From Candidatus Peregrinibacteria bacterium (GTDB taxonomy: Bacteria; Patescibacteriota; Gracilibacteria; UBA1369; UBA12473): a stretch of DNA of 64,000 nt. Numbering within the stretch: the first letter of the stretch is position 1; each line of letters starts with the position of its first letter. Below are positions 38,373 through 47,218 of the stretch, one piece after another. The notes beneath the pieces were generated by a model. The model was not told the DNA's origin. It searched no databases and saw only the letters and a program-made list of their open reading frames with translations. The position numbers were made by a program, and so were the translations under genes. Location: contig JABJMC010000023.1 of assembly GCA_018659585.1 (NCBI GenBank), positions 5,416 through 69,415 of the forward strand, read 5' to 3'.

Positions 38373-40145
38373 TTAAAGGGAAATGAGACTGGAATATTCT
38401 TGAAACAGCTTGGCTTCGGCCTCACGATCGTTCGATTCTTGAGCTTGTCGGATCTTATGCATTAGCTCTTGAGCTAACTTTTGCTGGTCCGTTTTTTGGA
38501 GCCTCGCTCCTACGGCCTGCATTTCCCGAGTGATCATCTCCTCGGAAAGATCCGAATTTCTCATTTCTGCGAATAGCATTGCAACTTCCCATTTCTTCTG
38601 TTCTTCCTCGGAAAAATCATTTAAAATTATACGAACGTCGACACAAGCCTCGGCATTATACTGAGAAACAATAGATTTGTAAACCGTTTTTAAGGGTTCT
38701 TCAAACATGTTTCCTGGAATCGTCAATACTTCTTTTCTAACCTGTTCCGGGAATTGCAACAACATGCCGATAAAATATTCTGAATCAGACGGTTTTTGAG
38801 AAAAATTAGTAGGGACCTTTCCCTGGTGAGTTCTAGTCGCAGCGTAAGGATCTTTTTTAAGAGAATTAAACTCATCATAAACAAAAGATGGATCTGTTTT
38901 AAGGAGAAATCCTAACTGCTTAATAAAATGATCACGTTCCAAAGATCCCGCCTGTTTAAGCAAAGGCAAAAACGCCTGCAAAGCCTGTTTTTTCCCTTCC
39001 ATAGTTGAACAATCATAAGCCTCCCCCACTTGATGTAAATAATAATCTAAATAGAATGGCGCGTTTTCAACCGCATCTTCCCAAAGTTTCGGGTCCTGCT
39101 TAATACATTCATCAGGATCTTTACCCTCTGGAACCTGAATCACCTGCATATTAAGACCATAATGCTGACCCAATTCCACAGCTCGCCGTAACGCATCATG
39201 CCCAGCTGAGTCAGTATCAAAAGCAAAAGCCACGTTCGGAGTAAATCGCTTAATTAATTTAATTTGCGCTTCAGTCAAAGCCGTTCCCGAACTAGCCACC
39301 ACATTTGTTGTGCCCGCTTGCCGCGAAGCCATTACATCCATATAACCTTCTACAACGACCACTAAATCCTTTTCTCGAATCGACTTTTTAGCCTTATCAA
39401 ACCCATACAAAACATCACTTTTGTGATAAATTGGAGACTCAGGCGAATTCAAATACTTAGGTTGTTCTCCTTTTTTTAATGCTCTCCCTCCAAAACCAAC
39501 TACTCGCCCTTTTGAATCCCAAATTGGAAACATTAAACGAAGTCGAAATCGATCATAAACTCGTCCTCCTCCCGTATCTTTAGCAATCACTAATCCTAGC
39601 TCCAATAAATCCTCTTTTGAACAATTTTTTTGCACAAGATGTTCGTAAGTTTCTTCAAATGAATCTGGCGACAATCCAACCTGAAATTCTTGAATTGTGC
39701 TGGCTGTAAATCCTCTATTCTCCAAATACTGAAGTGCTTTTTTCCCTTCTTTTGAAGAGCGCAATAAATCCTGATAAAACTTACTACATTCCTCATTAAT
39801 TTCGTACAAAGTTTGCTTATGATCTTTGATTTCTTTCGATACTGGGGCCGCCATTTCATATTGCGCCATATCCAGACCGGCCTTATCCGCTAAAAATTCT
39901 ATTGATCCTTTAAAATCCAATCCTTCAATTTCTTGAATAAAAGTAAACATATCACCGCCTTTATTACACCCAAAACAGTACGCTAATTGACGTTCTGGGC
40001 TAACCACAAAACTTGGTGTTTTCTCCTGATGGAAAGGGCAACAAGCCTTTAAGCTTCGGCCCGCACGTTTAAGTTGTACATACGGCGCCACCACATCCTC
40101 AATAGACAACCGATTTTTAATATCAACAACAATATCTCCTTTCAT
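38373..40145 (-). CDS. dnaG: DNA primase
   Basis: 590 aa. Zinc-binding [11 protein letters not shown]...CFGCNKGGD and a TOPRIM domain ([15 protein letters not shown]). Confidence 0.93.
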   Translation of the reverse strand: MKGDIVVDIKNRLSIEDVVAPYVQLKRAGRSLKACCPFHQEKTPSFVVSPERQLAYCFGCNKGGDMFTFIQEIEGLDFKGSIEFLADKAGLDMAQYEMAAPVSKEIKDHKQTLYEINEECSKFYQDLLRSSKEGKKALQYLENRGFTASTIQEFQVGLSPDSFEETYEHLVQKNCSKEDLLELGLVIAKDTGGGRVYDRFRLRLMFPIWDSKGRVVGFGGRALKKGEQPKYLNSPESPIYHKSDVLYGFDKAKKSIREKDLVVVVEGYMDVMASRQAGTTNVVASSGTALTEAQIKLIKRFTPNVAFAFDTDSAGHDALRRAVELGQHYGLNMQVIQVPEGKDPDECIKQDPKLWEDAVENAPFYLDYYLHQVGEAYDCSTMEGKKQALQAFLPLLKQAGSLERDHFIKQLGFLLKTDPSFVYDEFNSLKKDPYAATRTHQGKVPTNFSQKPSDSEYFIGMLLQFPEQVRKEVLTIPGNMFEEPLKTVYKSIVSQYNAEACVDVRIILNDFSEEEQKKWEVAMLFAEMRNSDLSEEMITREMQAVGARLQKTDQQKLAQELMHKIRQAQESNDREAEAKLFQEYSSLISL

Positions 40146-40178
40146 AAAAACTTTTAAGGGACGCCACTATAACTCATT

Positions 40179-41462
40179 TTACGGCCGAAAACGAGTCAAC
40201 ATTCTTGGGAATGGGATAGTTTCACGAATATGCTCAATTCCACACACAAACCGCACCATTCGTTCGAGTCCAAGACCAAAACCACTGTGCGGCACTGATC
40301 CATATTTGCGCAAATCCAAGTACCATTGATATTCCGGACCCTCCATATCCTCTTCTTCAATCGCTTTTTTAAGAACTTCATAGGAATCCTCACGTTGAGA
40401 ACCACCAATTAACTCACCAGAGCCTTCGGTTCCAATCAAATCATTATTCAGGACTAATTCCGGGTTTTCCGGGTCAACTTTCATATAAAACGGCTTAATC
40501 GCACGGGGCCATTTATGAATAAAAACCGGCACATCGCTATCTTGGGTAAGAGTTACTTCATCGTCGTTTCCAAGATCCTCGCCAAACTTAATATCAGATC
40601 CTTTTGAACGAAGATCCTCAATCGCTTCGGTATAAGTTAAGCGCTTAAATGGAGCCTTAATTTTGGTTAATGACTCTGTGTCGCGCTCTAAGATTTCAAG
40701 CTCTTTTTTACATCGCTCCAAACACCGCTCCACAATAAACACCACCATATTTTCTTGAATTTCCATGTTCTCCTCGTGCTCCACAAAAGCCGCCTCCGCA
40801 TCCATCATCCAAAACTCAGTTAAATGACGTTTAGTTTTGCTTTTTTCCGCGCGAAAAGTAGGACCAAAATCAAATCCCCTACCAACCGACATAATCGCAG
40901 CCTCCAGATACAATTGCCCAGACTGACTCAAGAAAACTTTATCATCTTCAAAATATTCAAGTTCAAACAAAGTAGTAGACCCTTCACACGCATTTGGCGT
41001 CAAAATTGGAGTATCAATCTTTATAAATCCGTTCTCGTGAAAGTAGTCATAAACCGCAGTAATTACACAATCCCGTACGCGCTGAATCGCCCACTGCTTC
41101 TTAGATCGCAACCACAAATGACGATTATCGAGCAGAAAATCTGGACCATGCTCTTTTTTGGAAATTGGATACTCTTCTTCGGGGACGTGAACAATTTCTA
41201 CACCTGTTACTTGAAGTTCAAACACGTCATCTTTTTTTGGATGCTGCGAAACTGTTCCAGTAATCTTACAAGAAGTTTCCATGGTCATTTTTTCTACAAT
41301 TTCAAGCAATTCTGGTTCAGTCACAACACCCTGTGTCATTCCACTACCATCACGTAACTGAAGGAAAGCAATCTTTCCACTACCACGTTTGTTAAACATC
41401 CAACCACGAATAGTGACTTCTGCGTCAACGTGGTTTCCAAGATCTTTTATAAGAACATTCAT
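40179..41462 (-). CDS. asnS: asparagine--tRNA ligase (short class IIb form)
   Basis: 427 aa. OB-fold N-terminus (VTIRGWMFNKRGSGKIAFLQLRDGSG) and class II motifs (FRAEKSKTKRHLTEFWMMDAE, GSQRE, GFGLGLERMV). The FRAEKS..T.RHL pattern is AsnRS-like rather than AspRS-like. Confidence 0.8.
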   Translation of the reverse strand: MNVLIKDLGNHVDAEVTIRGWMFNKRGSGKIAFLQLRDGSGMTQGVVTEPELLEIVEKMTMETSCKITGTVSQHPKKDDVFELQVTGVEIVHVPEEEYPISKKEHGPDFLLDNRHLWLRSKKQWAIQRVRDCVITAVYDYFHENGFIKIDTPILTPNACEGSTTLFELEYFEDDKVFLSQSGQLYLEAAIMSVGRGFDFGPTFRAEKSKTKRHLTEFWMMDAEAAFVEHEENMEIQENMVVFIVERCLERCKKELEILERDTESLTKIKAPFKRLTYTEAIEDLRSKGSDIKFGEDLGNDDEVTLTQDSDVPVFIHKWPRAIKPFYMKVDPENPELVLNNDLIGTEGSGELIGGSQREDSYEVLKKAIEEEDMEGPEYQWYLDLRKYGSVPHSGFGLGLERMVRFVCGIEHIRETIPFPRMLTRFRP

Positions 41463-41472
41463 AAAGAAAAAA

Positions 41473-42549
41473 TTAAGTTTTATTTGTACGGCCTTTCATG
41501 ACCACTAATCCACCCAAAATTACCATAAGCACCAGCATCACCGAAAGAGCAACCATTTTTTGAGCAGAACCAAGAAAAAGAGCTGTCCCTCCAAAAATCA
41601 CCGACACGGTATAGATAAAAAACACTGCTTGTCGCTCTGAAAAACCAGCCTTCATAAGCCGATGATGAATATGACGCAAATCCCCTCTAAAAGGCGACTT
41701 CCTTTGATAAAGACGACGTCCAATCACCCATAGCGCATCAAGAATTGGGAAACCAATAATAAGAAGCGCTGTCGCAATCTTTCCTCCTGAAAAAATCGCC
41801 AAAGTCGCCAACATAAATCCCAAAAACATACTCCCCGTATCCCCCATCAAAATCTTAGCCGGTGTAAAATCAAATAGCCAAAAAGCCAAAGCACATCCCG
41901 CCAAAATAACCGCCAATAACGCCACGTCCGCTTGGTCAATATAGTGAAAATTTGGACGAATCGCGAGAATAAACATCACTACTGAACCAATCGCGGTCAA
42001 ACCACTAACAATCCCCGGAACGCCATCCATCCAATTCAAAGTATTCATCAGCAAAATAATCCACAAAATCGTAAACAAATCTGCCAAAATCGTAAAATTA
42101 TAAACCATATCCCCAATCGCTATCGGAATCTCGTAAGTATCAAGATAAATTAACCCACCAAACGGATTCGTAACAGAAGCAATCCCCACTCCAGCCAAAA
42201 CTACCGTAATAGCTGCTAGGAGCTGCACACCAAGGCGTAAAATCGGACTAAGACCAATGCGATCATCCAAAAAACTCACCGTCACAATCATAGTCGCCGC
42301 AATCACCACCCCCCACAAATGTTTATCAAAATCCATAAAAATTCCCAAACAAATTAGGAAAACTGCAAAAATTATCAGACCACCACTATAAGGAATAGGC
42401 GCACGCTTAAGACCGTACTTTTTAGGCTTATCTAAAAGCCCAAGGCGCGGAAACACGTAAAGCGAAAAAGCAGTCAACACAAACGTGAGGGCAAAGGCCA
42501 CAAATCCGGGCAAAAGATACGGCTGGAGAGCTTGTAAATAAGGAATCAT
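41473..42549 (-). CDS. MraY/WecA-family (GT4) polyprenyl-phosphate N-acetylhexosamine-1-phosphate transferase, WecA/TagO-like
   Basis: 358 aa with about 10-11 TM helices. NWMDGVPGI, GDTGSMFLGF and GDLRHIHHRL motifs resemble WecA/TagO more than MraY. Confidence 0.75.
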   Translation of the reverse strand: MIPYLQALQPYLLPGFVAFALTFVLTAFSLYVFPRLGLLDKPKKYGLKRAPIPYSGGLIIFAVFLICLGIFMDFDKHLWGVVIAATMIVTVSFLDDRIGLSPILRLGVQLLAAITVVLAGVGIASVTNPFGGLIYLDTYEIPIAIGDMVYNFTILADLFTILWIILLMNTLNWMDGVPGIVSGLTAIGSVVMFILAIRPNFHYIDQADVALLAVILAGCALAFWLFDFTPAKILMGDTGSMFLGFMLATLAIFSGGKIATALLIIGFPILDALWVIGRRLYQRKSPFRGDLRHIHHRLMKAGFSERQAVFFIYTVSVIFGGTALFLGSAQKMVALSVMLVLMVILGGLVVMKGRTNKT

Positions 42550-42556
42550 ACGGGCG

Positions 42557-43420
42557 CTATTTTACCATAAAATTTTTCACGGGAGTCAAAAAACCACTAT
42601 TAAGTTCAGCAAGGCTAACAAGCGTGTCGTTGTAAAAAACCGCGAAGATGGTGTCGGTGTGAGGCGGTTGCAAGGGAGCTCCAGATGACGACGTTCCAAT
42701 ATGGACTTTTTGGCCTTGTTGAAGCGCAATCATTTCATCTTTGTTTACTTTTACTGGGGGCCAACTAGATACAATTTCTTCAAGAGAAATTAGGTTTTCG
42801 GGGGAAGTTTTTGTGATATCGATTGCTTTGTTAAGCATGAATTGCCCGACATGCGTACGACGAAGAGCGGTCATAATCGCGCCACAACCGAGCGTTTGGC
42901 CAAGATCGTGGATAATTGAACGGATATAAGTACCGCTGGAACAATGAATATGGAGCTGGTCAGGCGCTACAAGAGTAAGATCATGGATATAGACAGTTCG
43001 CGGTTTGAGTTCAACTTTTTCTCCACGACGAGCAAGATCGTAAGCGCGTTGACCGTTTATCTTTAATGCAGAAAAAGCGGGTGGTATTTGTTGAATTTCG
43101 CCTCGGAATTGTGGGAGAGCAGCTTCGATTTCATCTGAGGTTGGGACTGGGGCGTCAGTTTTAGTTATTTTGCCTTCACTGTCATAAGTATCGCTGATTT
43201 TACCAAATTCAAGGGTTGCTTCGTATTCTTTATCAGCCCCCATGAGGTATTCGATTAATTTAGTCCCCTCTCCTATAGCAAGCACTAAAACTCCAGTTGC
43301 GAGTGGATCAAGAGTACCAAGATGACCAATTTTGCGTACATTAAGCGCTCGACGAGCTTGCGCCACCACATCAAAAGAAGTGATACCTTGGGGTTTGTCG
43401 ACAATAAGGAAGCCTTTCAT
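42557..43420 (-). CDS. truB: tRNA pseudouridine(55) synthase
   Basis: 287 aa. GFLIVDKPQGITSFDVV and GHLGTLDPLATGVLVLAIG (catalytic Asp). Confidence 0.92.
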   Translation of the reverse strand: MKGFLIVDKPQGITSFDVVAQARRALNVRKIGHLGTLDPLATGVLVLAIGEGTKLIEYLMGADKEYEATLEFGKISDTYDSEGKITKTDAPVPTSDEIEAALPQFRGEIQQIPPAFSALKINGQRAYDLARRGEKVELKPRTVYIHDLTLVAPDQLHIHCSSGTYIRSIIHDLGQTLGCGAIMTALRRTHVGQFMLNKAIDITKTSPENLISLEEIVSSWPPVKVNKDEMIALQQGQKVHIGTSSSGAPLQPPHTDTIFAVFYNDTLVSLAELNSGFLTPVKNFMVK

Positions 43421-43430
43421 AATTTTAGGG

Positions 43431-44774
43431 CTAACTTTCCATATAACGATTTCCGCGTTCTACTTGCCCGGGGAAAATTTCAATCTCTACTTCGCGACCC
43501 AAAAAATTACGAACAATTTGACGATCATCAGAAGGGATATGCTTTTTGCCAACTACTTGAAATGGTTCGCAACCTTTACCAGCAACTATCACTGTGTCCC
43601 CCTCACGAGCCATGGCCAGACCAAGACGGATCGCCTGGCGACGGTTGGGAATTTTCCAGAAACGAGACCCTTCCAGGCGATTAATACCGGCTGATACTTC
43701 CTCGATAATTTGAAGGTTATCTTCGGTGTAAGGATCATCATCAGTAAGGATAATTTCGTCTGCATATTTATCAACGATTTGACCCATTTTAGGGCGTTTA
43801 GTGCGATCACGATCTCCTGTTGCTCCAAACACCATAATAAGGCGATTTTTAGTTAATTTTCGAAACATAGCCAGCAACTTTTCCAAAGAATCTGGTGCGT
43901 GAGCATAATCCACAATAACAGAATATTTTTGCCCCTCATCAATGCGTTCAATTCGACCAGGAACAGGTCGAGCTTGCGAAAGCGCGTGTTGAATTGTTTG
44001 TAAATTTATCTGAAGAGCAACACCCACTGTAGCGGCCGCCAAAGCATTTTCAATATTAAAATTACCGGGTAATGGGAATTCTATTTCCGCTTGATCGTTT
44101 GGAACTTTCAAAACAAATCGACTCCCAGACGCTGTACAAGAAGGCGCTAAAGCTTGATAGGAACCCTTTCGCATTCCATATAAATAAACTCTATCCGCCA
44201 CAAATTGTTCAAAATAATGAGCTTGCGGATCATCCGCATTAATTACCGAAATTTTGGGCACATTAGACTTACGCTTAGTAAAGTTAAGAAGCCCAAAAAG
44301 TTTACCTTTGGCTTTGACGTATTCCTCTTCGTTCGCGTGATAATCAAGGTGATCATGAGTAAGATTTGTAAAAACCGCCATATCAACACTCACTCCCCAC
44401 ATTCTAGACTGATCCATAGCGTGAGAAGTCACTTCTACTACGGCATATTTACAACCTCGATCCGCCATCCAACGCAATAATTTTTGAAATTTAAAAGGCG
44501 GCAGCGTTGTCATTTTAAAATTATTCATAAACACTTGATCTTCAATATGAAAATCAGCGGTTGTCAGCATCCCTGCTTTGTAGCCAGCTTCTCTAAGAAT
44601 GTCGAAAATCAGATGACAAGTAGTTGTTTTTCCGTTTGTTCCAGTCACTCCAATTACTGTCATTTGATCGGCTGGAAATCGATAATAAACCGCCGCCAAA
44701 ATCGCCATTATTTTATGATACAAAAGGCGTATGGGATGATGTTGTGGAATTCTGGCTTTTAGTTTTTCAAGCAT
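43431..44774 (-). CDS. murE: Mur ligase family protein, MurE-like, lacking the canonical N-terminal domain
   Basis: 447 aa. GVTGTNGKTTT lies at about residue 43. VEVTSHAMDQSR, FTNLTHDHLDYH, PGRIE, VDYAHAPDSLEKLL and GDRDRTKRP are MurE-like. DDR stands where DAP-type MurE has DNPR. Confidence 0.7.
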   Translation of the reverse strand: MLEKLKARIPQHHPIRLLYHKIMAILAAVYYRFPADQMTVIGVTGTNGKTTTCHLIFDILREAGYKAGMLTTADFHIEDQVFMNNFKMTTLPPFKFQKLLRWMADRGCKYAVVEVTSHAMDQSRMWGVSVDMAVFTNLTHDHLDYHANEEEYVKAKGKLFGLLNFTKRKSNVPKISVINADDPQAHYFEQFVADRVYLYGMRKGSYQALAPSCTASGSRFVLKVPNDQAEIEFPLPGNFNIENALAAATVGVALQINLQTIQHALSQARPVPGRIERIDEGQKYSVIVDYAHAPDSLEKLLAMFRKLTKNRLIMVFGATGDRDRTKRPKMGQIVDKYADEIILTDDDPYTEDNLQIIEEVSAGINRLEGSRFWKIPNRRQAIRLGLAMAREGDTVIVAGKGCEPFQVVGKKHIPSDDRQIVRNFLGREVEIEIFPGQVERGNRYMES

Positions 44775-44782
44775 GGGAGGGC

Positions 44783-45136
44783 TTAGGCAAAATATTTTCT
44801 TGCGGCCATGATATCCTGCTCTATCTGTTTTTTCAATGTTTCCGGAGAATCAAAGCGCGTGGTATCGCGAAGACGATTCCGAACTTGCACAGTGACGGGT
44901 TCAGAAACTTGGGGATCTGTTGTATTTAGGACGTGAACTTCGATCGAAAATTCAGACTTTGGAAAAGTGGGCCGCGGCCCAACATGCATGACCGCTTCTT
45001 GCGCCTCTAAAAGGACAACATAAACACCAGGGTCAGGAGCCTCTCCAGATTCAATTTGAAGGTTAAGGGTGGGGAACCCAAGTTCCCGTCCGCGGCCCTC
45101 TCCTTTAATGATTTTGGCCGTAAAACTTTGCATCAT
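44783..45136 (-). CDS. stand-alone riboflavin kinase (RibF C-terminal-domain type)
   Basis: About 117 aa. GEGRGRELGFPTLNL...GVYVV...HVGPRPTF matches the bacterial riboflavin kinase domain, and no FMN adenylyltransferase domain is attached. The ATG at 45136 overlaps the upstream gene's TGA (ATGA); the track GTG start at 45163 is less likely. Confidence 0.8.
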   Translation of the reverse strand: MMQSFTAKIIKGEGRGRELGFPTLNLQIESGEAPDPGVYVVLLEAQEAVMHVGPRPTFPKSEFSIEVHVLNTTDPQVSEPVTVQVRNRLRDTTRFDSPETLKKQIEQDIMAARKYFA

Positions 45137-46425
45137 ACCAACATTGCTAAGACCCACCACCACAAATAAGCTAAATCATTTTTGAAAAACGGCGTATCAA
45201 ACAAACCGTGTGCCAAAATCACCACTAACATAGACAATCCAATTAACTGCAATTGCGTTGATGGTCCATGTCTAAATCGATTCCAAAACCGCTGCAAAAA
45301 TGGTGGTAAATGCGGCGCTTCGCGATGAAGAATTTTAATAAATGCCAAAGTCACCAACCAACTCATTGCAAACAATCCTAAAAGACCTGTATTAAGCCAA
45401 AAAGCCAACACCTCATTATGCGGATGCAGCATCACCCATTCCAATGGTGCCCTCTCCAAAACTTCTGGAGCAGCTAACATATATTGCACCTCGAATTGGC
45501 CAAGTCCAACCCCGAGTATCGGCGCCTCTTTTATTAAATTCAAAGAAACTTCATAAACTTCCATTCTTACACTCGAAGAGGTGCGTCCTTCAAAATCCAA
45601 AAACTGTTCAAACTTTTGTGTTCCCTGTTGCGTGACTAGCAAAACCGCAACCAACGTGGCGGCAAAACCCAGTCCCCACAACTTATGCTGACGTGAAATC
45701 GCTGGATGTAGTAATAAGTATGTGGCCGCGCCCAAACCGAGCGCAATAAACGAGGCGTAGGACTGCGTCCCCCATAAAGCAATGGCCATCACAATGGTCA
45801 TCCCTAAGAAAACCCCGGCCAAATTCCTATTTTTCTCACGAAAAAATTTCACAGTCAAAGCTCCACCAGCCAGCAAAACTGGGGCTAAATAAAGTGCTAA
45901 ATAATTAGCTGATTCAAACGGTCCAGAAGCCCGAGCATCCACGGTAATAAAATCTCCACTCACCATCTGATAAACAGCCCACAAGGCCAGCCCAAATCCA
46001 GACACTACCAAAGCCTTAAAAGACCGTGTCCACCACCTATCTTTTCCACGTACAGCATTAGCCATAAAAAAGAACAGGGATGGCACCACAATCCATCCTT
46101 TCCAAATCCCCTGTGCAAGTCGTTCACTCTGAATTTCTAGACCATCAATATTAGCTGTAATTTCCGGCACAATATTCATAGAAATCGTAGCGGCCACCAA
46201 AAACAAAACCATAGGCCATAATGGACTTTTCTGACCCTGCTTAACATGACATTTAAACCATTTAAATAAGTTCTTTTCCCTTACAAACTTAACCATCCCC
46301 CACACCATCAAAACAAGCACCACCACTTCCAATAAAGTCGTTGGGACACCAAGTAAATCAAACCGCACAAGATAGAGCGGAAACAAAAGTGGTAGTAAGG
46401 AGACCCAAAAACGATATTTCGTCAT
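45133..46425 (-). CDS. O-antigen ligase/polymerase-like (Wzy_C family) membrane protein
   Basis: 430 aa with about 10-12 TM helices and a periplasmic loop carrying HPHNEVLAFWLNTGLLGL, which is typical of the family. Confidence 0.7.
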   Translation of the reverse strand: MTKYRFWVSLLPLLFPLYLVRFDLLGVPTTLLEVVVLVLMVWGMVKFVREKNLFKWFKCHVKQGQKSPLWPMVLFLVAATISMNIVPEITANIDGLEIQSERLAQGIWKGWIVVPSLFFFMANAVRGKDRWWTRSFKALVVSGFGLALWAVYQMVSGDFITVDARASGPFESANYLALYLAPVLLAGGALTVKFFREKNRNLAGVFLGMTIVMAIALWGTQSYASFIALGLGAATYLLLHPAISRQHKLWGLGFAATLVAVLLVTQQGTQKFEQFLDFEGRTSSSVRMEVYEVSLNLIKEAPILGVGLGQFEVQYMLAAPEVLERAPLEWVMLHPHNEVLAFWLNTGLLGLFAMSWLVTLAFIKILHREAPHLPPFLQRFWNRFRHGPSTQLQLIGLSMLVVILAHGLFDTPFFKNDLAYLWWWVLAMLV

Positions 46426-46440
46426 ATTAGATATATTAAT

Positions 46441-47112
46441 CTAGGCTGCCCCAGATGCCAAATCTCTCAAAACACTTTCTGGATCATCAGCCTTAGTTAC
46501 TCCTGATGCCAGCAAAACTCCCGACGCACCAAGCTTAATAGAAATCCGAACATCTTCTGCATTTTTCACGCCCGCGCCGACCAGAGTTTTTTCACTCCCG
46601 ATCAGCTCCACGGCGCCGCGGACCACCTCGGGCTGCGCTGTTGACACCGAAATATCACCCCCAATTAATTCGGGCGGCTCCACCGCCACTAAATCCGGCC
46701 CCAATTTCGCAATTTCGCCACCTTCCTCAGGTGTTTCGGCACAAACCACCACGTATAAACCAACCTCTTTTGCCCGCTTAATCGACGCTTTTAACAGATC
46801 AAAATCACCATCTTTCACAATCCGTCGTTCAGAATGATTCAACAACGTTCCGTAAGCCCCCGCTGCCTTCACAGCCTCAGGCAAAACATGCCCGGTATAC
46901 GATCCAAAACCAACCGGATCAATATGCTGCGCAAAAACTGGAATATTCACAGCCGCAGCAATCCGCCCAATATCTGTCGTCTGAACCGCCACTCCCATCG
47001 AAACCCCAGTCTCCTGCATCACTTTGGCATGCAAAATCGCCAAATCAAGCGCCTCTGAACCTATCGCCGACTCATAAGTTTTAAAGTTCGTAATAATCAC
47101 TGATAGTTGCAT
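46441..47112 (-). CDS. tpiA: triosephosphate isomerase, short archaeal type
   Basis: 223 aa. IPVFAQHIDP, GHVLPEAVKAAGAYGTLLNHSERR, VAVEPPELIG and GVLLASGVTKADDPE closely follow archaeal TIM sequences as I recall them (e.g. Pyrococcus). The protein is shorter than bacterial TIM (about 250 aa). Confidence 0.88.
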   Translation of the reverse strand: MQLSVIITNFKTYESAIGSEALDLAILHAKVMQETGVSMGVAVQTTDIGRIAAAVNIPVFAQHIDPVGFGSYTGHVLPEAVKAAGAYGTLLNHSERRIVKDGDFDLLKASIKRAKEVGLYVVVCAETPEEGGEIAKLGPDLVAVEPPELIGGDISVSTAQPEVVRGAVELIGSEKTLVGAGVKNAEDVRISIKLGASGVLLASGVTKADDPESVLRDLASGAA

Positions 47113-47157
47113 GGCCCAAATTTACCGTTCTTACCTCAAAAAAGCACGCCTTACCCA

Positions 47158-47186
47158 TTGATTTCTTCCCCTTTTTGTGTTAAAAT
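47158..47186 (+). promoter_or_regulatory. sigma-70-type promoter for the giant-gene pair
   Basis: TTGATT (47158-47163), a 17-nt spacer, then TAAAAT (47181-47186) with a TGn extended -10 (TGT at 47178-47180). It lies 32 nt upstream of the ATG at 47219. Confidence 0.55.
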
Positions 47187-47218
47187 TAAATGATTTATAA
47201 AACTAAAATCAAAAAACC

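Noticed and set aside
38369-38425. Longer rpoD start ([19 protein letters not shown]...) overlapping dnaG
   Set aside because: The extension overlaps the dnaG C-terminus in another frame. MARTKK at 38368 gives a 4-nt gap and is preceded by the CCCT box seen at other starts.
40824-41357. 177-aa plus-strand ORF inside asnS
   Set aside because: It lies antisense to a conserved aminoacyl-tRNA synthetase gene, and its composition (F/I/K/N-rich) is typical of AT-rich antisense frames. The same reasoning applies to the many 60-100 aa antisense or off-frame ORFs in the track (e.g. 40..336, 376..573, 6061..6270, 48174..48413, 55022..55336).
43322-43694. Two overlapping 120-aa plus-strand ORFs across the truB/murE junction
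   Set aside because: They lie antisense to two strongly supported genes and have low-complexity, motif-free translations.
47113-47157. Possible regulatory RNA in the TIM / giant-gene intergenic region
   Set aside because: The region is AT-rich with no stable helices. The divergent promoters explain it adequately.
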